Assembly (NCBI RefSeq): GCF_004010195.1
Contig: NC_057753.1
Coordinates: forward strand, 7,498,130-7,562,129
DNA length: 64,000 bases
Direction: 5' to 3'
Source: Chiloscyllium plagiosum
Lineage: Eukaryota
The position numbers and the translations under genes were made by a program. Shown piece by piece: positions 12,763 through 24,579 of this stretch. The notes beneath the pieces are model-generated. The model did no database searches and was not told where the DNA came from. It saw only the letters and a list, made by a program, of their open reading frames with translations. How positions within the stretch are numbered: position 1 is the first letter of the stretch; every line of letters begins with the position of its first letter.

Positions 12763-12844
12763 TCGCCTCGTGGCTGAATGGTTAAATTGATAGATGAGAT
12801 TTCTTTGACTGTTAGCCGTGCAGATTTGAATCCAGCTAACAACG
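12763..12844 (+). pseudogene. tRNA-Ser pseudogene
   Basis: tcgtggctgaatggttaa..gataga..ccgtgcagatttgaatccagctaacaacg is colinear with vertebrate tRNA-Ser (TCGTGGCCGAGTGGTTAAGGCGATGGA..CCGCGCAGGTTCGAATCCTGCCGACTACG), ~82 nt with variable arm; stems broken. Confidence 0.6.
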
Positions 12845-13149
12845 TTTCTCATTATCCTTGAGTTTCAGTTTTTACTTTGTCGCAATTCTTACACCAATAT
12901 CCCTGTTTATAAACAGACATGAACCAAACTTGCTCAACTCAGTATGAGGAGAAATGAATGCTTAATATTCATTCAATGTGCTCGCTTCCAATCATGTGTC
13001 TTTGCCTTGCATCCACTTTCAAAAAAATATCTTTCTGCAAAATAAAAAAAAGACAGAAACATACTGACAAACGAAACAGGAGATGTGTTCAATATATTCG
13101 CTGCCACTCTCCAGAGAGGTTAATTGTTCATTCAGTCAATAACAGAAAT

Positions 13150-13275
13150 TATTGTTTCTGATGGAGGTCACCAGCTTCGAAACATGAACACTGCATTTTC
13201 CGCTCATAAGAAGCCAGACTTGCAAAATTCTGGCAGTATGTTTACTTTTGATTCTGATCTCCAACATTCGAATGG
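13150..13275 (+). mobile_element. Penelope-type terminal repeat fragment with degenerate hammerhead
   Basis: ctgatgg-aggtcaccagcttc-gaaacatg followed by the characteristic downstream body. Confidence 0.5.
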
Positions 13276-14319
13276 CGTTGTTTAATCTGTGCATTAAGAC
13301 AGAATAATAGTTACAAGTTATCTTGAAAGCTAACCACTGGGCCACCGTGCCGCCCACGATCATCAGCGGGAAAGCAGAGTTGGTCGAGTGGGATGACCAA
13401 ACCTGCAGGAAAGTGTGATATCGCCGCAGTAGACGTCAAAACAGTCCAGAGGCAGCTAGACTTGGGCAACATGCAAAAGAATTCAAGCAGGGTGGTCTGC
13501 GTTGAAATTATACTTGTGTGTACGTGAACTTACTCAGTGAGTGACCTTAAATATTCAGACTAGTATCCAGAAAATTCACCATAGATCGTTGTAAAACGGC
13601 AGATTAACCATGAAAGAAGCAACTGTGCAGCGTGAGCCAAGAAAAGGAGATAAACTAAAAGCATAGGAAGACGGAATGCCATCTGGCATGCTGGTTTGTA
13701 ACAGCAGTCGTAAATATTGTGCAATGATACGTCCATCAATTTAAATAATCGTAGTCAGAAATGAAAACGAATTAAAAGGATGATTTTAACCGTAGCTGGA
13801 GAGCAGTGCAGCTTCAACAAAATTACAAATAGATAAAAGGTTTTAGTTATGTTTTCTGAATTGTGGTGATATGCATTAATCAATTATTTCATCTCAGATG
13901 TTTCCATGATTCTTTGGTTAAATTAATTAAAATTAATTTAATTCCGACGGAGAAAGAACAAGAAGTACAATTCAAAACCGCTCAATGCCATTATACGTGA
14001 TTCGAGGAGGCAGAGCTCCAGAAGCAGTCAATAAAAGCTGAACCTACCTCCTGCTCTCTAATACAAGCACTAAAAGAGAAACAGAACGATTTTCGGGGTG
14101 AGGCTTTTAAGCTTTCCATAACTAATGGAGGTAAATGCAAATGAAGATTCATGTCAGTCTTGATTTCACGAAACCACAGAGAAGCTGTGAGGGAAGTATA
14201 GCAAGTGAATATGGATATACCTCTGGTTCTTGAACGTCCTGTATATTTTTACTCCGTCACCTCGATTAAGATCCTTCTTACAACTGGAAACGTTACACAA
14301 TGTTTTGGAAACAATAACA

Positions 14320-14410
14320 TAAATTTTGGAAAAGCCCAGCAGACCTGGCAGCATCTATGTTTAGAAATCAGAGTTGTCATCGTGGGTCCAGTGACCCTTC
14401 TTGAGAACCA
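14320..14410 (-). mobile_element. Penelope-type terminal repeat fragment
   Basis: Minus strand gttctcaagaagggtcactggaccc..aactctg..gatgctgccaggtctgctgggcttttcc. Confidence 0.55.
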
Positions 14411-15961
14411 GCTTCAGAACAGACTGTTGGCCTCAGTTCTCTGTCTACTTTTAAAAGATTAATCTCAAATATTGCTCTTAATCTTGAGGATCAGTCATGG
14501 ATACCGCCTGAGTTTGTGACGCAATGATAGTGTATTTGATTCCAAGTATTACAGCCGAATAATCAGATCAGAACATGACGTGTTCAATTGATGTGAACCT
14601 GAGAAAGCCAGCTCACAGCTCAAGTGCTTTCACTTTACATAAGGGAATAGCTTAAAGTGGAGAGCTGATTATCAATCCACTTATGTTCTTCAATAGTTAT
14701 ACTCATTTATCCTAATCCCTTTTGCCCGCAAAGTTACAATTACAATTTTAAATAAGAACTATGTTACATGAATGTGGCATACTCATTGTTTCCGTGTTTG
14801 CTTTTTTCCCCATTGTGAGCAATAAAACACAAAATGTGCATCGTTAAACCCATAGTTGTGTGCCTGGATATAGGTAAAGGAACTCAAACTTGGCATTAAC
14901 ATTATTCTCACCTTGTAATGCTCAAAGGATTATCACCGAACATTAGTTTTAAATTGTCAGGAGAGTCTAGCTCTTCCTAGTAAATCAGAACGACGGTGAC
15001 CAGGGTATGAAGGGGTTAATGCTTCTAGTTGTTCTCGGAATGACAACGGTCCACGATCATTTTTAATCAACCAACGTAAACGCTGAGACATTCACTGGTG
15101 AGAAATGGGAACAGTCTGATCTCACACACTGCAGACATATGTATGCCCCATGGATCCTATCTCCTTCATTAACTGGGGCAACCTCCTCTCAAGTATTTTC
15201 AGTGTTTCTTCTGTACCTAACGTTTTTTACTATCTGCAAATCGACATATTAGAAATGTACATATGCAGGGACGTGAATCTTTTGATAATCATAAGTAAGT
15301 TAATGTTGCCTAAAGCGTCAGAGAGACTGTTCCAGTTTTTCAAAGAAGTGAAAGGCGTCTTGACTGTTTGCGCTCAATGAGACAATTTTCCTCTCATCTA
15401 AGTCTCAAGAGATTGGGAAAGATTCTCAAAGTAGTTGACTTGAATTTCTCTCACTTTGCTTCCAATGCCTGCCAATCAATATTTTCCAAAATCCGATCAC
15501 ATTACGCCACCTTGTACTTTGGATTGGTAGAGTCGTTCTAGATATTTAAAGTTCTGAGTTTCAATCAAGAAGATGTACTGGATCTAATTAGAAAGAAAGA
15601 GGTGTTGAGGTGTGAGGTGAGAATTTTGGGTGGGGAGCTGTTTGTGAAGGCCAATAGACCAGGTGGGCAAAATAACGACTGTTCCCGCTGCCAAGGATCA
15701 GAAATCAGAAGACTGGAATTGAAAATCATTGAATGAATCATGTAATCTAAGAGGAACAAGGAAATATACTGCCCTTGCTATCCGTGGACTGATGTTGATA
15801 CTGTAATATAACATAAAAGAATGTGTTGGCAGAAACATATATACATTTCTTAATGAACTGTAGCGTCTTTTCCATCCCCATCACTTATTATCTACATCAA
15901 TGCGCCTCTAGGTGCATGTGGTGCAGCACTCCAGTGCAATTGTAGACTTGTCCTAATTACT

Positions 15962-16058
15962 TGTTTCCTGCTCCTCGGAAGCTGCCTGACCTGCTGTGCT
16001 TTTCCAGCATCACTCTAATCTAGACTCTGGTTTCAGCATCTGCAGTACTCACTTTTGC
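15962..16058 (+). mobile_element. Penelope-type terminal repeat fragment
   Basis: cctgctcctcggaagctgcctgacctgctgtgcttttccagc, same family as 23657-23782 and 44055-44187. Confidence 0.6.
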
Positions 16059-16712
16059 ATCATCACTTGTCTAACATTCCTTGACTGGGTTATTCGACCC
16101 TGCCTTATCGTCTACCATAGACATTTCACTTAAGCTAACTCTGAATGATTGTTGAAATTACACTTAGAAAATGCTGTCCCAATTCTACAGCTCTTTTAAC
16201 ATGGAATAAAGATTACTTTTAATGCTGACACCGCTTGTGAAAAAAATCTGGACTTCAGCTTGAAAAATGGAGTTCAACATAAAAGTACAGAGCATAGTGT
16301 TGAAATCTTTGATTTTGCGATGAAGACTCTTATGCTCTACTGACTAATCTAGCCGGCACATGCAAGCACAAGTTTATTTTTTTTTTAAAGAGAGAGGTGA
16401 TGAGGAAGGGGAATCAAGACTTGTGGAGAAAAGGCAGGAGAATCGTGTTGAGAAACACAGCAACCATAATCCAAAATAAGTGCAGATTTGATGGGCTCAG
16501 TGGATTAATTGCGTGGTCTATGGTCCTCTGGCGTTTATGGAAAGAGACACAGAGTTAACTTTTCAACTCGGTGATCTTCAGTCAGAATTGCAAAATTGAC
16601 AGTTGAAAGAGTTTAGAAACTAAATTACAGGCAAGGAAATGGTGCAGAAGAAAGAAAACTAGGGAAGCTCTCTAATATGCTGGAAGGCAAAAGAGAAAAT
16701 GAAAAGAAGGAT

Positions 16713-17052
16713 CGAGGTAATATCTTCAGTGGGACTTCGGGTAAAGGACTGGTGTCGATTTCTACTTTCTATTTGTATGTTTGAGTTGGTGATGTCACTT
16801 CCCGTGGTGAAGGCATTTTCTATGGTGATGTCATTTCCTGTTCTTTTTGTCAGGGTGTGGGGAAGATGTGATCTAACTCGATGTCTAACCCTTAGAAAAA
16901 GAAGAGAAAATGACATCACCACAGGAAATTACATCACCAACCCAAAGAAACCAGAACATATAAATAGAAAGTCGGAATCATCAGCGTTGCTTCGCCCAAA
17001 GCCTTACTGAAGGTGTTACCTAGATGAAATGTATGGAAATGAACCTTCCAGC
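16713..17052. mobile_element. Penelope terminal repeats in inverted orientation
   Basis: Arm 16713-16856 is the reverse complement of 16888-17022 (gaaatgacatcacca repeats, aaatagaaag, ctgaag.tgttacct). Confidence 0.7.
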
Positions 17053-18950
17053 GTTCGTGTTTTTGTTAAATAAACATAAGATGGGAGAGGTATTCTGAAG
17101 GTCTCGCTGCCATGGGAATGTTTTCGTCGTTAACCCAGATCACCACTGTTCTGCACAGAAAACTTGCAATGCTTTCCCTGCTGTCAATTCCCAAGAATAA
17201 ACATTTGGTTGAGTAAACCCTGAAAGAGCAAACGGGAAGACATTATCTTTGAGAAATCCCTAAAGATTTTTTTCGGAATCTTCTGTAACACTTAACACTT
17301 GTCCTGTTCCATTTGACGTGTGTCTGCCACTGCCAGTGCCCCTAGGAAGTGTCCATTCAAATTCTGTGACTCTTAACAGTTTCTTGGTGCAGAACTGGAC
17401 TGGAACCTGTGTATTTGAAAGTGCCGTCAAACACTGTAACACAAACTGGAAAAGCAAACTTGTCTCTGGCACTTCCAGTAAAGCTGAGACAGTTTAAGAA
17501 AGAGACAACTGGTGTTTCAACAGACGCAGCATGAAATGAAAACACTTTTCGTCTGGTGACACTGCTGCAATAATGAAAGGCTGGGTGTCAGCTCAGATCG
17601 AGTAATTTCAACTTTAAGGGGCTTAGCCTGGCTTTCTGACCCACAACTCTGACTTGACACTCTCATTGTCTACAGACAGCTATAGCTGTGCATCAGTAAA
17701 TGTCACTCAGTTCCCCATTTCTCACTGCATCTCAAATCAATTTCCTGAAGCGAGTGATCTATTACACTTAATAACTGTTCATTGGTTAAAATGAACAAAA
17801 TATAAACTGTTAAACATGTAAAGCAGCAGCAATGACTTTCTGGAATACACTGTTTAGTGAGATGGAAGGGGCATGGATACATAGCTCTTAAAACGATTGA
17901 AAACAACATGTGAATTCACCATTCTGGAAAAAGTTGACGGAACATAAATAAGCTGTTGCCTGGGGGTAAAGTAACAACTGTTTGGTAGGTTTTTTGTCTC
18001 ATGTCTAGTAGACATTTGACTTCGCCTGTGGAAGGAATGTTTTGAAATAAAGTGGTTAACTGAAGGAAAATTGCTTTTTTAAACAGACAGCTAACACCGA
18101 ATCTAACGAGGAATGAGTGAAAGACTTCTGAGAGGAAGGCAATTTATAGATCTGAGGTCTCCAAGCGTATGATTAATGTTGGGAATGAACGAATCTATCG
18201 AATCATCAATAATGTCACACCACAAACGTCAAGAGAGAAAATTGTAGTAGAATTGAACACTAGAACGTTACCTTCAGCAGAACATCAGAGAACAAAGCTG
18301 CAAATGTATCGAACCCCGGAGACTTCCAGAAACAAACCACTGTCGATGAAATTATGGCCAGATTTTTTAAATATTCACATTAAGGTTATCATATTAATAT
18401 TTCATTCTCAAATGTGTAGGAGATAAAGCCTAGGGATTCTGAAAATGCTTTCAATAGGATATATACTGTCGGAGCGGTGGTTGCTGCTGCTCAGAACTTG
18501 GATAGTCTCAGTGATAAGAGTGTTAGAATTGGCATAACTTTTTGGAAACAGTGAGAGATCCAACTACACAACCTCTCTTCAAATCACCGCTAAAATCTTG
18601 TTTTAGGAGATTTCGCATAGTAAGCGTTTAGAGCACAGAAAATTGCAGTTCACTACAGGCCCTTCGAACCTCGACGTTGTGCCGACCTGTGGGAACAATC
18701 TGAAGCCTACCCATCGCAGACTATTCCATTTTCATCCATATGTTTAACCACTGACCATTTAAATGCACTTAAATGTAGTGACTCTACTACTGTTGCAGGC
18801 AGTGCCTCCACACCCTTATTACTCGCTGAGTAGAGACACTATCTCTGATATCTGTCGAATATCGACCAACTCACAATTTGAAGTTGTGTCCCTTCGTGCT
18901 AGCCATCAGCATCCGAGGAAAACAAAAGTCTCTCACTGTCCACCCTATCT

Positions 18951-20193
18951 ACATAGAACATAAAGAATGGAGCAATGCAGCACAAAACAGGCCCTTCGAC
19001 CCTCGATGTTGCGCCGACCTGTGAACTAATCTAAGGCTATCCCCCGACACTATCCCAACGTCATCCATATGCTTATCCGAAGACTGTTTAAAAGCCCCTA
19101 ATATGGCTGAGTTAACTACATTGACAGGCAAGGCATTCTATGCCCATACCACCCTCTGAGAAAAGAACCTACCTCTTACATCTGCCTTAATTCTTTTACC
19201 TCTCAATTTGCAGCTATGCCCCCTCGTACAAGCAGACGTCATCATCCTATGAAAAAAGACTCTCACTGTACACCCTATCTAATCTTCTAATCATTTTGTA
19301 TGTCTCTATTAAATGTCGATTTAGACTTTTTCACTCCAAAGAGAACAGACCCAAGTCCCTCAGCCTTTCCTCATAAGTCCTTTGCTCCCGACCAGGCAAC
19401 ATCCTGATAACTATCCTTTGCACCTTTACCAATGCTTCCACATATTACCTACAACGGGGCAACTAGAACTGTACACGACATTCCAAGTGAAGCCACATAG
19501 CATTTTGCGCAGTCACAACATGACATCATGGCTCTGGGACTCAATCCCTCTACCCATGAAACCTAACACAACGTATGCCTTCTTAACAGCACTATCAACC
19601 TGGATGGTAACTTTCAAGGATCTGTGGACATGGACAAAAAATCCCTCTGTACATCCACACTACCAAGAATTTTTCCATTGATCTAATATTCTGCCTTTTA
19701 TTACTCTTCCCAAAGTGAATCAACTCACAGTTATCTGCATTGAATTTCATTTGCCATCTCTCAGCCCAATTCTGCAGTTTGTCCAAGTCCCCCTGTAACC
19801 TGCAACATTTTTCCACACTGTCCACCACTCCACTTACTTTATTGTCATCTGTAAACTTACTTCCCATCCACCAATGCCTACGTTCAAGTTATTTATAAAA
19901 ATGACAAACGAGCAATGGCCGCAAAACAGATCCTTATGGGACACCACTGGTAACCGGACTCCAGGCTGAATATTTTCTGTCAACCACGGTAAAAATCACA
20001 CAACACGAGGTTATAGTCCAACAGGTTTAAATGGACGCACACTAGGTTTCGGAGCGACGCTCAGCCACCATTCGTAGCCTTCTTACAGAAATCCAGATTC
20101 TAATCCAAACTGCTAAATCATCCTCAAACTCATGCTTCTGCATTTACTCCAATAGCCTACCATGTAGAACCTTATCAAAGGCTTTAATGAAAC
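18951..20193 (-). mobile_element. Second CR1 LINE 3' portion nested in the older copy
   Basis: A new 3' tail (catagaacata) starts at 18951; KFTDDNK..LQGDLDKLQNWAERWQMKFN; the host resumes near 20194 at ctatcta. Confidence 0.85.
19988..20065 (-). mobile_element. Penelope terminal fragment inside CR1
   Basis: aaaaatcacacaacacgaggttatagtccaacaggttt..ctaggtttcggagcgacgctc, same family as 53180-53300. Confidence 0.65.
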
Positions 20194-21414
20194 TATCTAA
20201 TATGCTTCAATTACGTCAACTCTCAACTTTCTTCTTTATAAGGAAAATAGCTTCCAGCACATCAGCCTTCCCTCATAATACCTTCCCTCCATACCAGACA
20301 ATATTCTAGTAAGTCTCTTCTGAAAGCTTTCCAAAGCTTTCACATCGTCCGTATAATGTGGTGACCAAAACCGTATGCAATACTACAAATGCAGCCACAC
20401 CAAAGTTTTTTTTTTACAGCTACAGCTCGACCTGGTCACTCTGAAACTCAATCCATTTACCATTAAATACTAATACACTGTATGCCTTCTTAACAACGAT
20501 ATCAACTGGGGTGGCAACCTTCAGGGATCAATGTTCATTGACACTGAGATCTCTCTGCTCGTCTGTACTACCAAAGCTCTTGCCATTAGCGCTGTACTCT
20601 TTATTAATTTTGCTCCTTCCAAAGTGAATCACACACAATTCTCTGCAAAAAAACACTATTTGTCAATTCTCAGCCCCACTCTACAGATTATCTATGTCCC
20701 TCTGTAAAGTAAAACATCCTTCAGCACTATCCAGAACTCCATCGACCTTAGTGTCATCTGCAAGTTTATTAACCCATTCTGCTACTCCCTCCTCCAGGTC
20801 AGTTATGAAAATGACTAACAGCAGTGGCCCAAAACAGTTCCTTTTGGTACACGAGGAGCTGAACTCCAGTATGAACATTTTCCATCAACCACCACCTTCT
20901 GTTATCTTTCAACTAGCCAATGTCTGATTCTAACCGCTAAATCACTGTCAACCCCATGCCTCAGTATTTCGTGCATTTGCTTACCGTGGGTAACCAAATC
21001 AAATGCCTTACCAAAATCCATATACATCAAATCAACCAATTTACCCACAAACACCTGTTTGGCCATCTTCTTGAAAAACTCAGTAAGATTTGTGAGGCAC
21101 GCCTTACCTTCACAAAACGGTGTTGACTATCTCTAATCAACTTATTGCCGTCTAGATGATTATAAATCCTACCTCTTTTAGCCTTTTCCAATACTTTAAC
21201 CACAATCGAAGTAAAGCTCAATAGTCTATAATTACCAGGGTTATCTCTTACTCATCTTCTTGAACAAGGGGGCAATATTTGCTATCCTCCAGGCTCCTGC
21301 ACTATTCCTCTACACAATGACGACATAAAGATCAAAGCCGAGGCTCTGGAATCTCCTCCCTGGCATGGCAGATAATCTAAGGATAAATCCAATCCGGCGC
21401 AGGGGAATGATCTA

Positions 21415-21587
21415 CAGAGGAACCTCAATTATCTGGCAATCAATTACAGAATATTGGATTGTACAGCAAGATGACAAGGTACCAAAGCTCGGCTAAATTA
21501 TGTTATCCAGCATTCGATTTTTCAGAATTTGATTAACCAAACGTAATACTCCCCGTCTGTGTCATTTGGATAATCGAGGATCGTCTG
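21415..21587. mobile_element. Tc1/mariner (Tigger/pogo-like) MITE
   Basis: Terminal inverted repeats CAGAGGAACCTCAATTATCT ... GGATAATCGAGGATCGTCTG; inserted after TA at 21413-21414 in the CR1, which resumes directly afterwards. Confidence 0.75.
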
Positions 21588-22605
21588 CATTTTCACACTT
21601 TCCAGATTTGCTAACACCGTCTCCTTGTGAAACTCAATCCCATCTCGTCTAATAGCCTGTATCTCAGTATTCGCATCGACAATATTTTCTTTTTCCAGTG
21701 TGAATGCCGACGGAAAATATGCATTTAGTGCTTCCCCTATCTCCTCGGATTCCACGCAAAACTTCCCACTACTATCCTTGATTAACCTCCATCTTTCTCG
21801 AGTCATTCTTTTATTCTTATATATCGACAGAAAGCTTTAGAGTTTTCCTTGATACTATCTGTCAACAACTTCTCATGTCCCATCCTGGCTCTTCTTAGCT
21901 CTCTCTTTAGGTGTTTCCTGGCTAACATGTAAAGCTCACATGCCCTAACTGGACCTTCACATTTCATCCTAATATAAGCCTTGTTCCTTCTGTTGACGAG
22001 AGATTCAACGTTCTTAGTAAACCATTGATAGCTGGCCCAATCTCGTCCCTGCCTGACAGGTACATTATTATTAAGGACACTCAGTAGCTGTTCCTTGAAT
22101 AAGTTCCACATTTCAATTGTGCCCATTCCCTGCAGTTACCTTTCCCCATCCGATGCATCCCAAATCTTGCCTAATCGCATCATAATCGCCTTTCCTCCAG
22201 CAATAACACTTTCCCTGCGTTTTTTACCTATCCCTTTCCATCGCAAAAGTAAACATAACCGAATTGTGGTCACAATCACCAAAGTGTTTGCCTATCTCCA
22301 AATCTAACACCTGGCAAGTTTCATTAACCAGTACCAAATCCAATGTGGCCTCGCCCCTTGATGGCTTGTCTACATACTGTGTCTGCACACTTTGGATAAA
22401 AATTGACTCATCAAATATCCTCGAACTTGCTGACACCTCCTCCTTGTTAACTTCAATCCCATCTCGTCTAGTAGCCCCAGTATCTCAGTATCCTCCTCGA
22501 CAAATTTGTCTTTTTTCCAGTGTGAATACTGAAGATAAATATTGATTTAGCCCTTGGTATTTACAGTCAATATTTGGAAAGTTAAAGCCTTCATCACAAG
22601 AAGTA

Positions 22606-22905
22606 GCACAGTGGTTAGCACTGCTGCCTCACAGCGCCAGAGACCTGGGTTCAATTCCCACCTCAGGCGACTGACTGTGTGGAGTTTGCATGTTCTCCCC
22701 GTGTCAGCGTAGGTTTCCTCCGGGTGCTCCGGTTTCCTCCCACAGTCCAAAGATGTGCAGGTTAGGTGAATTGGCCATGCTAAATTGCCCTTGGTGTTAG
22801 GTAAGGGGTAAATGTAGGGGTATGGGTGGGTTGCGCTTCGGCGGGTCGGTGTGGACTTGTTGGGCCGAAGGGCCTGTTTTTACACTGTAATGTAATCTAA
22901 TCTAA
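22606..22905 (+). mobile_element. HE1-type V-SINE (5'-truncated, young)
   Basis: Near-consensus body with taatctaatcta tail. Confidence 0.93.
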
Positions 22906-22907
22906 AT

Positions 22908-23220
22908 CTATGAAGGGAATAGATAAGACAGAAGAGGGATAGATAAGGGAGAATGTTTCCACTGCCGTCTGAAACTAAAACCAGACGGCATAACCTCAAA
23001 TTAGGGGGAGCAGATAGCAGGCTGAATTTAGGAGGAACTTCTTCAAACGATGCGTTGTGAATCTGTGGATTTCCATACCTAGTGAAGTTGTTGAAGTTTC
23101 CTCATTGAATGTTTTGAAGCTAAGACAGATGACTGTATCTGGGGCTGCAAAAAGATCAGCCGTGATCTTATTCAATGGTGTAACGGCACGAATAGCCAGG
23201 CAACCAACTCTTGTTCCTGG
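22908..23220 (+). mobile_element. CR1 LINE 3' end
   Basis: RRNFFK..VVNLWISIP.EVVE motif followed by 3' UTR. Confidence 0.75.
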
Positions 23221-23656
23221 TAAAATGTTCTCATCCTTTTATAACCAGCACTTTAGACCGTTCAGCTATGCTATCACAACTATTGCCTTTTAAATCATGT
23301 CTTTCTTTCGTGTTGTCACAACATCGCTACAAAAATGAAGACGCATGACAAAACCTTCTCGGATCCGTATCTTGCTCCACCTATCCCTTTGAGCGTCCAG
23401 CATGATCAGATGCTGACAATCCTTTGCCAAACAAATAATTAATCCCAAGCTGAACGCATGCTTTGAGATATGAAGAGCAACAAATGTATTGTTTTGTGAA
23501 GTATTTTTTGGTAAAACTGAGATTAAGAAAATATGACGTGCATGACATTTCTGAAATTTAGATTATTGAGTTGCATAACAATTCAGTCCATTATTTGAAA
23601 CAGAACAACTGTCACCTCTAAAGGTAACATGATATGTAGAGTGAAAATATACAAAG

Positions 23657-23782
23657 GGAGACAGTGAGGTCTGCAGATGCTAGAGATCAGAGTTGAGAGT
23701 GTGTTGCTGGAAAAGCACAGCAGTTCAGGCAGCATCAGAGGGGCAGGACATTTGACGTTTCGGGCCAGAGCACTTCATCATC
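23657..23782 (-). mobile_element. Penelope-type terminal repeat with hammerhead-like core
   Basis: Minus strand TGATGA-AGTGC-TCTG-GCCC-GAAA-CGTC then ctgcctgaactgctgtgcttttccagc. Confidence 0.7.
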
Positions 23783-23924
23783 GCCTACTGAGGTGTTATG
23801 GGCTGAGGTTAGAAAGAGGAAATGCGACGTCACCCTGTTGGGAGTGTTCTCTAGGCTTCCATATAGGTTCAGATGTGTCAAGGATAGAGAAGATAATTCT
23901 GTACAGGAGCAAGAGAAACAGGGT

Positions 23925-24550
23925 TAGATTAGATTACTTACACTGTGGAAACAGGCTCTTCGGCACAACAAGTCCACACCGAGCCGCCGAATCGGAACCC
24001 ACCCAGACACATTCCGCTACATTTACCTAACACTACAGGCAATTAAGCATGGCCAATTCACATAACCAGCACATTATTTGTGACTGTGGGAGGAAACCGG
24101 AGCACGCAGAAGAAACCCACGCAGACACGGGGAGAATGTGCAAACTCCACACAGAGGGTCGCCTGAGGGGGGAATTGAACCAGGGTCCCTGGCGCAGTGA
24201 GGCAGCAGTGCTAACCACTGTGCTACTTCTTGTGATGGAGGCTTTAACTTTCCAAATATTGATTGTAAATACCAAGGGCTAAATCAGTATTTATCTTCAG
24301 TATTCACACTGGAAAAAAGACAAATTTATCGAGGAGGATACTGAGATACTGGGGCTACTAGACGAGATGGGATTGAAGTTAACAAGGAGGAGGTGTCAGC
24401 AAGTTCGAGGATATTTGATGAGTCAATTTGTATCCAAAGTGTGCAGACACAGTATGTAGACAAGCCATCAAGGGTCGAGGCCACATTAGATTTGGTACTG
24501 GTTAATGAAACTTGCCAGGTGGCTAACCACTGTGCCACCGTGCCGCCCAC
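23925..24550 (-). mobile_element. HE1-type V-SINE whose head is split by a ~300-bp templated insertion
   Basis: Head 24550-24522 (gggcggcacggtggcacagtggttagc), insert 24521-24224, body 24223-23925. Confidence 0.88.
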
Positions 24551-24579
24551 GCGGCAATAATTTCATTGTTTATAAGATC

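Larger units (their letters stand above)
18630..22410 (-). mobile_element. CR1 LINE (older), ORF2 endonuclease-RT to 3' end, interrupted by nested insertions
   Basis: QYVDKPSRGEATLDLVL..HFGDCDHN (APE), IRDSQHRF, GPLLLVIFITDL..KLADDTK (RT); frameshifted. Confidence 0.9.

Noticed and set aside
16788..16940. Short repeats GAAATGACATCACCA that could suggest a CRISPR-like array
   Set aside because: Only 2-3 abutting copies per arm with no unique spacers, inside a eukaryotic retroelement end.
22606..22670. tRNA-like A/B boxes at SINE heads
   Set aside because: They continue into SINE bodies, so they are not tRNA genes.
22547..24282. Repeated short ORFs (DCGRKPEHPEETHADTGR)
   Set aside because: Antisense translations of the HE1 SINE core, not genes.
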